Virus record (IMG/VR): IMGVR_UViG_3300020472_000011
Span: 62,001-116,051 of that record
Direction: 5' to 3' (one strand)
Length of the DNA stretch: 54,051 nt
Source: an uncultured virus (IMG/VR IMGVR_UViG_3300020472_000011)
Taxonomy: Duplodnaviria > Heunggongvirae > Uroviricota > Caudoviricetes
Shown here piece after piece: positions 26,470-35,705 of the stretch (position 1 is the stretch's first letter; each line of letters starts with the position of its first letter). Position numbers and translations under genes: made by a program. The notes beneath the pieces were generated by a model. That model saw nothing but the letters and a program-made list of their open reading frames with translations, was not told the origin of the DNA and did no database searches.

Positions 26470-27402
26470 TTAGTATAACGGTAATTTGTTTGGAATGGTG
26501 CGAATACGGTCACTTATTAAACTGTCATACTCCTTATGCAATTCACACCCAATATATGCTCTACTATGTTTCTTAGCAACATATGCGGTAGTGCCACTAC
26601 CCATGAACGGATCTAATACTATATCACCCTTCTCCGAACCTGCGAGGATGCATGGTTCAATGAGTTCTTCGGGATATGTAGCAAAGTGAGCACCCTTGTA
26701 TGGTTTCTTATTTACTGACCAGACAGAGCGTTTATTGCGTTTTGTATATGATTTTGTAAGACCTGTATGCGGTTGGAGTCCTGTTCCTGGATTGTGGTAC
26801 TTACCATTTGTTCTGTCTCTTGTTCCCCAGTCTTTTGCTGGTTCTTTGATTGCTTCGTTATCATAGTGATAGTATTTACTCTTACTTAGTAAAAAGATAT
26901 ACTCATGTGCTTTAGTACAACGATCTCTAACTGACTCTGGCATTGGATTAGGTTTATGCCATATAATATCCTGCCTTAGATACCAACCATCAGCACGTAG
27001 TGCAAATGCAAGCATCCAAGGTATACCAATAAGATCTTTATCTTTGTATCCTACAAGTTTATTAGATCTACGTGGTGTAGTCTTAGGTAAGTCTTGTCTA
27101 TTATTAGAGAATGTCTGCTTAGGTATACATCCATCCTTCCTGTAATTATAATATGAATCACCAATGTTTAACCACAGTGTACCATCATCAGTAAGACAAT
27201 CTCTTACTAAACGAAAGACCTTAACCATATTATCAATATACTCTTCAGGTGATTGTTCCTGACCTAACTGTTTATCTTCATCACCATAGTTTCTCAAACC
27301 ATAGTAAGGTGGAGATGTGACACACATACGTGCCTTCTGTTCTTCATTTGCAATTATCTTGAGTGATTCAAGACAGTCACCAAATAATATGTAATCTTTC
27401 AT
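26470..27402 (-). CDS. DNA methyltransferase, N4-C/N6-A, beta class
   Basis: VTSPPYYGLR, WYLRQDIIWHKPNPMPESV, HFATYP, VLDPFMGSGTT. Confidence 0.95.
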   Translation of the reverse strand: MKDYILFGDCLESLKIIANEEQKARMCVTSPPYYGLRNYGDEDKQLGQEQSPEEYIDNMVKVFRLVRDCLTDDGTLWLNIGDSYYNYRKDGCIPKQTFSNNRQDLPKTTPRRSNKLVGYKDKDLIGIPWMLAFALRADGWYLRQDIIWHKPNPMPESVRDRCTKAHEYIFLLSKSKYYHYDNEAIKEPAKDWGTRDRTNGKYHNPGTGLQPHTGLTKSYTKRNKRSVWSVNKKPYKGAHFATYPEELIEPCILAGSEKGDIVLDPFMGSGTTAYVAKKHSRAYIGCELHKEYDSLISDRIRTIPNKLPLY

Positions 27403-27629
27403 TAATAGTGTTTCATCATTAAATTGAAGGCAACGTCATAACTACATGCCTTGAGTATTTCACCATTGTGAATGACCATGTACCTGTTATGCATACCAGC
27501 ACAAGGAACAGCGGCCCATTCACCATAAGGATTTTGAGTAACAAATCCTGGCATCATAAACTTATCGTCTAATAGATACGGATTGTCTAATTTCTCTAAC
27601 TTTGGTTTCCTCTTGGGATGTTTTGCCAT
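27402..27629 (-). CDS. Hypothetical protein
   Basis: WAAVP...YMVIHNG; TAATG coupled to the methyltransferase. Confidence 0.7.
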   Translation of the reverse strand: MAKHPKRKPKLEKLDNPYLLDDKFMMPGFVTQNPYGEWAAVPCAGMHNRYMVIHNGEILKACSYDVAFNLMMKHY

Positions 27630-27955
27630 ACTATATCACCGTATGTATCTACGACATACGCATTTATGAAATGATCTGAGTCAGGACAGTCCTCCTCTTT
27701 GGGGAACCAAGCAGCAGCATTCACTGTTGCAGCGTCCTCAGTCTCAAACCTGATTGTAGTATACACGCCCTGTTTCATTATGTCAAGTGCATACTCATCA
27801 ATGAATTCTTCGTACCATGTATTGACAGTTGCTTTCTTAGTCGCATCAAGAGCATTATACTTACCAAGATCAAAGTACACCAAGTGACATTGATTCCTAT
27901 TGGCATAGTACTCCATCAAATCAAATTGTGATAGTTCGTTGCCTTGTATAATCAT
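27596..27955 (-). CDS. Hypothetical protein in the tail-fibre operon
   Basis: 119 aa, ATGA coupled. Confidence 0.75.
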   Translation of the reverse strand: MIIQGNELSQFDLMEYYANRNQCHLVYFDLGKYNALDATKKATVNTWYEEFIDEYALDIMKQGVYTTIRFETEDAATVNAAAWFPKEEDCPDSDHFINAYVVDTYGDIVWQNIPRGNQS

Positions 27956-28824
27956 GATTCTAGTGCGTCATTCGCTTCTTTAATAATTTTCTCTAAGAAT
28001 GCCTTATTATCATCGAGATTTGGATTCATATTAGTATTCCCTTTCTCCTCCATAGTCTTGAATGCCTCATACTGTGTCAATAGGTCATTAAAATAAGTGG
28101 CATCTGTCTCTGACTTAAGTGTCAAGAAATATGCTATCTTATCTTTAAACTTCTTAAGACGATGCTTACCCATCTCAATGAATTGACCAGCAGTTGCAAG
28201 ATAATCTTCAGTTGGGAAGTCTACCTTGTATATTTTATTGTAAAACTCAGGAGCAATGGGAAACTTAGTATTCTCAGTGTCTGTACTAAACTCAGTAGAC
28301 TCAGTTAGTTCTCTTAGTTTAGTTCTATACAATGTATACTGTGCTTTAGTATCAGCATCAATTGGTGCGTCAGGCAACTGTGTCCAGTCTGTTTCATCTA
28401 AGAGGAAATTTCTTGCTAGTCTTACACTTAATGGTGTTACTGCTTTCTGCTTAGAATACATTCTAGAGAGTTCTTCATTGAACTCAACATTCTCAAGTGC
28501 ATCAACTACATAGAATCCATCAATCAATTTATCTTTAAGATCACTTGCTTCAGAAGCACCAACTGCTTCCATTTCATAGTCAACCCATGAATATGTGTTA
28601 GTCTTAAAGTCTTTTACATACTTCCTACGTTTAGCAACGTATGAGTCGTTAGTAAAATACTGAAACGTGATAAGTTTATCCTTGTCACTATCCCATAAAG
28701 GATATAACAATGGAGTGAGCGTATCCTTCCAATATGATTCAGGAATAGTCTTTGGTGTACCGTTGTACTCAATCTCCTGATTGATTACATCTAACTGTAC
28801 TTGCAGTACTGGTGCATCTGCCAT
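27952..28824 (-). CDS. Tail fibre assembly chaperone-like protein
   Basis: RLARNFLLDETDWTQLPDAP...YRTKLREL...FP motif; follows the fibre genes. Confidence 0.75.
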   Translation of the reverse strand: MADAPVLQVQLDVINQEIEYNGTPKTIPESYWKDTLTPLLYPLWDSDKDKLITFQYFTNDSYVAKRRKYVKDFKTNTYSWVDYEMEAVGASEASDLKDKLIDGFYVVDALENVEFNEELSRMYSKQKAVTPLSVRLARNFLLDETDWTQLPDAPIDADTKAQYTLYRTKLRELTESTEFSTDTENTKFPIAPEFYNKIYKVDFPTEDYLATAGQFIEMGKHRLKKFKDKIAYFLTLKSETDATYFNDLLTQYEAFKTMEEKGNTNMNPNLDDNKAFLEKIIKEANDALES

Positions 28825-28846
28825 TGTATTATTAGTATCTCCGTAG

Positions 28847-28853
28847 TATTTAG
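28847..28853 (-). promoter_or_regulatory. Late promoter (CTAAATA)
   Basis: tatttag overlapping the upstream stop, 23 nt before the ATG at 28824. Confidence 0.6.
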
Positions 28854-31800
28854 AAAGCTTTGATCAAGTACTTGCATAATGTGTATGGTGTAAGCAATGG
28901 AACATCTATATCAGGGTCAATGGTGGCCTGTGGTTCTATCTTAGTAGTTGATTTTAATGTCAACGTTGCTTCAGATGGTGATGCACCAGAACTATATGTA
29001 ATACCTGGTCCAGTCTCACCTTGAATAGTATATGATAGTGAATCAACAGCAGGTTTACTGATCTTACCAGCAGTAGCAACAAATACAAGACCTGTTACCT
29101 TCTCATTCCAATAAATGAATTCACATATACCATAATGGTCACTGTCTGCATCATTATCATTAGCAGCACTAGGTGTAGCACGTGGTTGTTCAATCTTTAT
29201 CTTAGTACCAACTGCTTTAGCATCTGTTGGTAATGCTACTGAATAAGTATACCATTTAGTATCACCACTACCACCATCCCAAGATGTACCTACTATAGGA
29301 ACATCACCAATGATAGGATCAGTTCTAACTGAGTTTGGTGTGATAATAGTATCAATCAATGTCCATCCAGTTGAATCAGCTGCCTGAAAATATACACGCA
29401 ACACTTCTTCTGGTACATTACCACCATTAACACCATTACCTCTACATGCTTTGATTGAGAAGTAATTTGTGTTGGTAGTATCAACTGGTTTCAATTCAAT
29501 GAATCTTGTGCCAGTTGAACCACTGAGACCACCAAACTTGACATAGTTGGTATATACCTGTGAACTATTAGCAGCAAGGAATAATGCATCAACATTTTCT
29601 GCTTGTGTATCAATGGTGGATGTGACCTTAGTTTTTCCACCAGCACCATTCATAACATAAACGTATGGTATCTCTGTATATCCAGCACCAGAAGAATCTA
29701 AACTGACTGCTGTTACTTTACTATTTGCTACAGTTACTGATGCTTGAGCAGCAGTGGTAGCACCACCACCAACAATATAAACATCTGGTACTTGTGTGGT
29801 TGGTAGTTTGAAATCACCAGCAGCACCTGTACCACCACCATTACCAACAATATTTACATCCCATACTGTTGATGTTTGTGATCCAGATGTAATGATATCA
29901 CCTTCTGATATACCTGTTGATCCACCAGTATATCCAACAATCTTACCTAATCCAATTTTAGCGTATCCACTTTCAGCACTACTTGTAGTACCAGTGGTTT
30001 GTCCACCTGGATTTATACCTAAACCTGCACCACCAACTGTTACTGATATAGATCCAGGATTGTTTAACCAAGTCCAATCAATATCACCAGCCCAGAGAGC
30101 ACCGCCACCGCCACCACCTCCTCCAGAGGTCCAGTAGTCATTATTATATACAGCAGTTATATTAGCCCAACCATTACCATTATTAGTTCCACCATAATCA
30201 TTTGAATGACTAAATGAATTGAGAGTGAAGTAATCAGTACGATAGGAACTAACTCCTGATTGTCCTGAACCACCACCTTGGTGTCCTCCGTCTCCACCAG
30301 GAGCACCTCCAGGACCACCTGATGCACCACCGTTTCCTATACCACCAAATGTAATACCGTTTCTGGCGACTCCTGAGCCACCGCCACCGCCTCCACCACC
30401 GATACATCCGTAGTGTCCACCTGTACCACCGCCACCTGGACCAAGTGCCTGTGTTGTGCCGTCTGGTTGAGAATATCCTGATGGTGGTCCTGATCCATTC
30501 ACACCAGCACCTCCGTCATATCCAGATGCACCAGCACCACCACCTCCTCCAGCACCAATTAATATTTGTGTACCTCTCTTAATCATAGAGGATCCACCTC
30601 CACCTCCACCATCTGCTTCTTGGTGTCCTTCACCACCATATCCACCATTACCACCAGCAGTTGAACTACCATTCATTCTACCACCAGCAGCAGTACCACG
30701 TACAAATGACCATCCACCTGCATAGAATCCTTCTAACTCATCTGACACCATATCAACAACAATGGTTGCACCATTATATCCTGTGTAACCACCACGACCA
30801 GCAGCTCCACCTTTACCTCCATTAAGAGTTATTTGTACTGATGTTGGATTTGCTACAGCTCCTGTGTTAAATGAACCATCTGATGTAAGAGTTTCAGTAT
30901 ATGTACCACTCTGTCCACCTTGTAATAGGTTTATACCAGCAGTACCAGCACCATATCCATTACCATTTCCAGCACCACCAGCACCACCACCGTCAGGATT
31001 ATCTGGGTAGTCTACTAATGGGAAACCATCTGGAGTTTGACCATTACCACCAGTACCACCTGTCTGACCATCAAAACTACCAGTAGCATAGATAGCAGCA
31101 CTTCCAGATTCAGCTGCTGTTCCTCCTATACCACCAGCTCCCCCTATTTGACCATTAGAAGCTCCACCTTTCGCTCCACCTTCAGCAGTTAATGTCAACA
31201 CACTACCAACTGTCATTACAGTGTCACCACCATCATTACCTTGAACATTACCAGCAGCACCTGATCCTCCACCACCTACAAGTTCATAGATCAGTTTGTC
31301 AGGTGTACCAGTTATATTTCCTAAGTTTATGGAGTATGATCCAGCTGAGGTAAATTCCCACTCATCTGAATAATCATACACAGGAGTACCACCAGTATTA
31401 ACTGCTCTACCACCAATCTGTGATGATCCAGTGAATATACTCATGGTTGGATCTGGTATATAAGTTTGAAACTCATATGTACCAGCGTCAGAAGCACCTG
31501 ATGCCATGTAGAATTGTTCAGTAGAAGCTACAGTTGGATCTTTAAGTGATCCACAACCACCAGCACCACCAACTGCATCAAATACATCATAGGTAGCAAT
31601 AGTATTATCTGTAATAGGATTTCTTAACAGTCCATGCTTGTGTGTGAATACAATACCACCAGTAGGATACCATCTACTTAATCTACCTCTACCTTCACGA
31701 TAGTCTTGGAGATATCTATCACCTGATGATTCTGCTTGATAGATATTAAATCCTGGTTGTGCATGATACACTGAATGATTATGTTGGAACACACCAGAGA

Positions 31801-32668
31801 TTTTAGTCTCTCTCATAGATATCTCAACCTGTTGCTGTCCTATCATTGAACACTCAACAGTCTCAACAACATTCTCATATCCAGTAGTAACTATTCTACC
31901 AAGTGAAAAGAATTCATCTTGTTGTTCCTTAGCAAGATACCATGCACCACCTGTAGTACCAACACCAAGTTGTGAGTTACCTATGTTAGGTGAGTTCTGA
32001 CCAAATACAGGACCATTACCAACTACTTTCTTAGTAACCATATCAGGTACACAGAATGTTCCTAAGTATGGGTCACCCCACATGTCCAATACATTAACAG
32101 TAGTGATGCCTAGTATTGAACCTTCTTCATCTAATCTTACAGCAAATGATGCACCACTTCCACCACCACCACTCAATGTTAATGTTGGTGCTGATGTGTA
32201 TCCCTTACCAGCAAGAAGAACATTAATCTGTTTTATTTTACCTGCTTCAACAATAGCCTGACATGTTGCTGTTACTCCACCAGCAGGAGGAGCAGAAATT
32301 GTTATTGAAGGAGCAGATGTGTAACCTGATCCACCATCAACTACATCAATGCCACTACTAGATCTACCACCATACTTATTACCAAGTATTTCAAATAAAC
32401 TTGGAAAATCACTTATATTATACTCAGAACCATCACAATAAAGATAACCATGATGTGTATATGCAGGGTCATCACCTAATAGATATGCATCACCAGCAGA
32501 TTCTGTTAATATTGGGAATGCTGTAGCACCATACTTAACAAAACTATGGTCGAATGAATTCTGACCAGTTTTTAAATTGGGTACAATAGCACCCACTGGT
32601 GTAGTATCTACGGTAAGATCTGTGTAGAATCCTTGTCTAGGATTTCTATATGCTTGAGAGACGGTCAT
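28850..32668 (-). CDS. Tail fibre protein with tail-collar domain and glycine-rich region
   Basis: PVGAIV...GYLYCDGSEYNISDFPSLFEILG collar motif, long Gly runs, HxH motifs, C-terminal YLIKAF. Confidence 0.8.
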   Translation of the reverse strand: MTVSQAYRNPRQGFYTDLTVDTTPVGAIVPNLKTGQNSFDHSFVKYGATAFPILTESAGDAYLLGDDPAYTHHGYLYCDGSEYNISDFPSLFEILGNKYGGRSSSGIDVVDGGSGYTSAPSITISAPPAGGVTATCQAIVEAGKIKQINVLLAGKGYTSAPTLTLSGGGGSGASFAVRLDEEGSILGITTVNVLDMWGDPYLGTFCVPDMVTKKVVGNGPVFGQNSPNIGNSQLGVGTTGGAWYLAKEQQDEFFSLGRIVTTGYENVVETVECSMIGQQQVEISMRETKISGVFQHNHSVYHAQPGFNIYQAESSGDRYLQDYREGRGRLSRWYPTGGIVFTHKHGLLRNPITDNTIATYDVFDAVGGAGGCGSLKDPTVASTEQFYMASGASDAGTYEFQTYIPDPTMSIFTGSSQIGGRAVNTGGTPVYDYSDEWEFTSAGSYSINLGNITGTPDKLIYELVGGGGSGAAGNVQGNDGGDTVMTVGSVLTLTAEGGAKGGASNGQIGGAGGIGGTAAESGSAAIYATGSFDGQTGGTGGNGQTPDGFPLVDYPDNPDGGGAGGAGNGNGYGAGTAGINLLQGGQSGTYTETLTSDGSFNTGAVANPTSVQITLNGGKGGAAGRGGYTGYNGATIVVDMVSDELEGFYAGGWSFVRGTAAGGRMNGSSTAGGNGGYGGEGHQEADGGGGGGSSMIKRGTQILIGAGGGGGAGASGYDGGAGVNGSGPPSGYSQPDGTTQALGPGGGGTGGHYGCIGGGGGGGGSGVARNGITFGGIGNGGASGGPGGAPGGDGGHQGGGSGQSGVSSYRTDYFTLNSFSHSNDYGGTNNGNGWANITAVYNNDYWTSGGGGGGGGALWAGDIDWTWLNNPGSISVTVGGAGLGINPGGQTTGTTSSAESGYAKIGLGKIVGYTGGSTGISEGDIITSGSQTSTVWDVNIVGNGGGTGAAGDFKLPTTQVPDVYIVGGGATTAAQASVTVANSKVTAVSLDSSGAGYTEIPYVYVMNGAGGKTKVTSTIDTQAENVDALFLAANSSQVYTNYVKFGGLSGSTGTRFIELKPVDTTNTNYFSIKACRGNGVNGGNVPEEVLRVYFQAADSTGWTLIDTIITPNSVRTDPIIGDVPIVGTSWDGGSGDTKWYTYSVALPTDAKAVGTKIKIEQPRATPSAANDNDADSDHYGICEFIYWNEKVTGLVFVATAGKISKPAVDSLSYTIQGETGPGITYSSGASPSEATLTLKSTTKIEPQATIDPDIDVPLLTPYTLCKYLIKAF

Positions 32669-34041
32669 ATCTTAATTAGGTATTCCATGATAATAAATGG
32701 AGAACATGCAGAATCAATTGATACTGATGAATCTTCTCCTATGGTCATGGTAGTTTGTAGGTTTTCTGGTGGAATAACAATAGCATTTGTCTTCACCTTA
32801 TAATTATGATCACCTTTTTCTATATCAATACGATGGTTATGTATTGTTGGGTCAGCAGTTTGAGATAACTCATCTGTTTCTGTTACTACATTATCAACGT
32901 CTGGTGTACAGCGAGATTCAGTAACAGCATCATTTGATTGCAATGGAACTACATCATATAAACTATTACCAGCAAAATCTATAGGAACACCTTGAGCACC
33001 CTGAACATATGTTGGTTGAACAGTTATCATTGATCCTGTTGCAGCAGCACCACCACCTGAGAAGCATCCAATCAAAGGAATGATCCAACTATTCTTATAC
33101 TTTGCAGTATTAGATCCATCAGCAGAACCTCCTATTGTACTTCTATCAAGTAGAGGTCCAGTCAATACTCTATCAAGTAGACAATGATATTTGAATGAAT
33201 TGATTGCTTGAGAATCTGGAGGGAAAATACAACCACCATAATATATGGTTGCAGTTAATGGTGAGTTCTGTGTTCCAGCAACACCATTTCTCCATGCATC
33301 TATTGCAAGACAAGGTTGTGATCCTGATCCTGGATACCCAGTACTATTTGTAGTACCCTCAACCCAATCACTAATAGGAATAGTTGAAGCATTTCTCCTA
33401 CCAGTTTGTCCTGCTGTTAAAGGATTTTGACTATTAGTTTCTGTAGTAGTCAACAATCTAGATCTTACACCAGAGTGGAAATGTGCATGTGGATGGATAG
33501 AATTCTCTTCTACACCTTCAGAATCTGTACGATGTGTGTCACCAGCATATGACCAAGATGGTTTACCACGAACAGGAATCTCTTGACTTGGTACTGAAAT
33601 AGATCCACTATAATCTATTCTAACTGTAGTACCAATTGCTGATACTGCTTCAATACCAATACCTGAACGACTTATCTCATTACCCAGAGCATTATCTAAT
33701 CTTATATTATTATATAAACCTGCGTTAGCACCTGAAGTTGGTTCAGGATACTTAGAACCAAGATCAGGAACCATGAATTGATCATCTTGTAGTGTATCAA
33801 ATGGTGTGCCATCAGCATTATTTCTAATGAACTTACATGCTGTACCTACACCACAAATAGCAGCAAGTTGTGGATAATCATCTGCATAATATTTCGTGCC
33901 ATCACACTTTAGATATCCAGCAGGTAAATTTTTTATATTAACAGAAGTATCTGGTGTACCATTATATTCTACTGGCCACACAATTACTTGACCTGTCAAC
34001 TGACCATACTTTGCTCTTTCTTTAGCGTAAAATGTTGTCAT
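32665..34041 (-). CDS. Tail-collar domain short fibre protein
   Basis: PAGYLKCDG...YPQLAAI...FMVPDL, HPHAHFH, C-terminal PFIIMEYLIKI. Confidence 0.8.
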   Translation of the reverse strand: MTTFYAKERAKYGQLTGQVIVWPVEYNGTPDTSVNIKNLPAGYLKCDGTKYYADDYPQLAAICGVGTACKFIRNNADGTPFDTLQDDQFMVPDLGSKYPEPTSGANAGLYNNIRLDNALGNEISRSGIGIEAVSAIGTTVRIDYSGSISVPSQEIPVRGKPSWSYAGDTHRTDSEGVEENSIHPHAHFHSGVRSRLLTTTETNSQNPLTAGQTGRRNASTIPISDWVEGTTNSTGYPGSGSQPCLAIDAWRNGVAGTQNSPLTATIYYGGCIFPPDSQAINSFKYHCLLDRVLTGPLLDRSTIGGSADGSNTAKYKNSWIIPLIGCFSGGGAAATGSMITVQPTYVQGAQGVPIDFAGNSLYDVVPLQSNDAVTESRCTPDVDNVVTETDELSQTADPTIHNHRIDIEKGDHNYKVKTNAIVIPPENLQTTMTIGEDSSVSIDSACSPFIIMEYLIKI

Positions 34042-35702
34042 TAGAATGCCTTGATTATGAATGTCATCGTTAATGAAGGTTGTGTAATGTCACATGAAAT
34101 ATTTAGAGCATTTTCTAAACTTTGTGCCTGTAATGCAGAACCATCTGCGTTGTCAGCAGTATGTGATGGAGGACCAGCCATTGATCCTATACCCTGAGCA
34201 ATTTCAAAACTACTATGGTTATGTGCTCTGTAAGCAGATTCAATTGGATTCTTATTTGCAGCAGATTGGTTTAATGAAGTTGGCCATGCAGCATGTCTAA
34301 ACTTAAGATCATATGTACCAGATACTAATGCAGCTGAGTTAAGAGTTATTTCCCACTGTGGTGTAGGATTAACAGAAAATTCTTCTGCTGGTTCCATTGT
34401 CTGAACATATGTACCTTCTCTTAATACATCATACTTATCATCATCAATAACTGGTGTAACATACATCAATGGAGTTATCTTATCCCACTGATTCCATGTA
34501 TCTTGTCCAGAACCATATGCTCTTCTAATATCAGTACCAGAAGGTATTATAATCTTAGCAGTACTATCTAATATACATCCAGTAACACTAAACACTGGTG
34601 CAGTTTCAGGATCGTCTACCAAACCATCAGATCTTTGTGGTGATGATGTATCATATCCAAAGAAGTTTGGTCTAGATCTAAACTCCATTGGTCTTGGGAA
34701 GTATCCAGTATGAGCTGGAACTTTATGTGTATCTACTGGTTCAACGGCTGATAGTTGATCTGTATTTCCTCTACTAAAAATTGTTTGTGCGTATGTTGTA
34801 CTACCATGTCCAGATCCTCTGTCATTGGTATTAGTACGCCAATTGTTTGCACCAGCAGGTACATGACCCCAGTAGTCTTTATTGGTACTGTCTGTTATGA
34901 ACTCTTGGAAACTATCACAACGTGGTAAAGTATATTCATGAGTTTCATCACCATAAAATGACAGTCTAGTAGCACCTTCTTGCCAGTTTGTTGGGTTTTG
35001 TTCTCTCATAGCACATGTGGTTGGTCCATCAGTAGCACACTGCATGGTAACAGAACCAGTCATTTCAATACCTTGGTCAGTCCTGAATATCTGTGGACTG
35101 TTAGGGTTCACGTTAACAGATGTAATCCTATCTGAGTGACCATGAGCAGGAGTATGATTGATACCTAACTTACGATTCAATGTGTATATTGTCTCAATAA
35201 AATCAGGAGCAAATAAAGATATATTAGTAAACTTAAAATATAAGTTACCAGATATATTAAGTGTGAAATCAATATCAGCAGTTGCTTCGTAAGTTGTAGT
35301 AACTGGATTTGTCTCACCATAATCAGCAACCAAATTACCAATTACACTTTGTGCATCATCCTGACCCATCTGATACTTTGTTTTAGTAAGATCAGAATTC
35401 TCTAAGTCAATAAGAGTTCTACTTGACAGTTGAGGTAATCTAAACGTAGCATTTTGATAACCATAATAAGGGAATTGATAATGATCTCCATTAGCATCAG
35501 TCATGTTACCACCATATGTGTCACCTAAATTTGATGCCAACAATGGATAGTCAGATGCTTGTTCAGTTTGACCTGCACATATTATCCAACCTTTAGGTAT
35601 ATTAGATGCAAGGAAACCAGTACCACCGTCACCGCCCCAAGGTAGGATAGTTCCTACCTTTGCAGTTCTCATACTTTTAATAGAATCGTAGAGTGCAGTC
35701 AT
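34041..35702 (-). CDS. Tail-collar domain short fibre protein
   Basis: VGTILPW...IPKGWIICAG...YPLLA..LGDTYGG...FRLPQL, HTPAHGH, C-terminal QPSLTMTFIIKAF. Confidence 0.8.
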   Translation of the reverse strand: MTALYDSIKSMRTAKVGTILPWGGDGGTGFLASNIPKGWIICAGQTEQASDYPLLASNLGDTYGGNMTDANGDHYQFPYYGYQNATFRLPQLSSRTLIDLENSDLTKTKYQMGQDDAQSVIGNLVADYGETNPVTTTYEATADIDFTLNISGNLYFKFTNISLFAPDFIETIYTLNRKLGINHTPAHGHSDRITSVNVNPNSPQIFRTDQGIEMTGSVTMQCATDGPTTCAMREQNPTNWQEGATRLSFYGDETHEYTLPRCDSFQEFITDSTNKDYWGHVPAGANNWRTNTNDRGSGHGSTTYAQTIFSRGNTDQLSAVEPVDTHKVPAHTGYFPRPMEFRSRPNFFGYDTSSPQRSDGLVDDPETAPVFSVTGCILDSTAKIIIPSGTDIRRAYGSGQDTWNQWDKITPLMYVTPVIDDDKYDVLREGTYVQTMEPAEEFSVNPTPQWEITLNSAALVSGTYDLKFRHAAWPTSLNQSAANKNPIESAYRAHNHSSFEIAQGIGSMAGPPSHTADNADGSALQAQSLENALNISCDITQPSLTMTFIIKAF

Positions 35703-35705
35703 GTT

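Noticed and set aside
30090..31280. (CCA/CCT)n-rich DNA as a microsatellite or G-quadruplex element
   Set aside because: Explained by polyglycine codons of the fibre protein.
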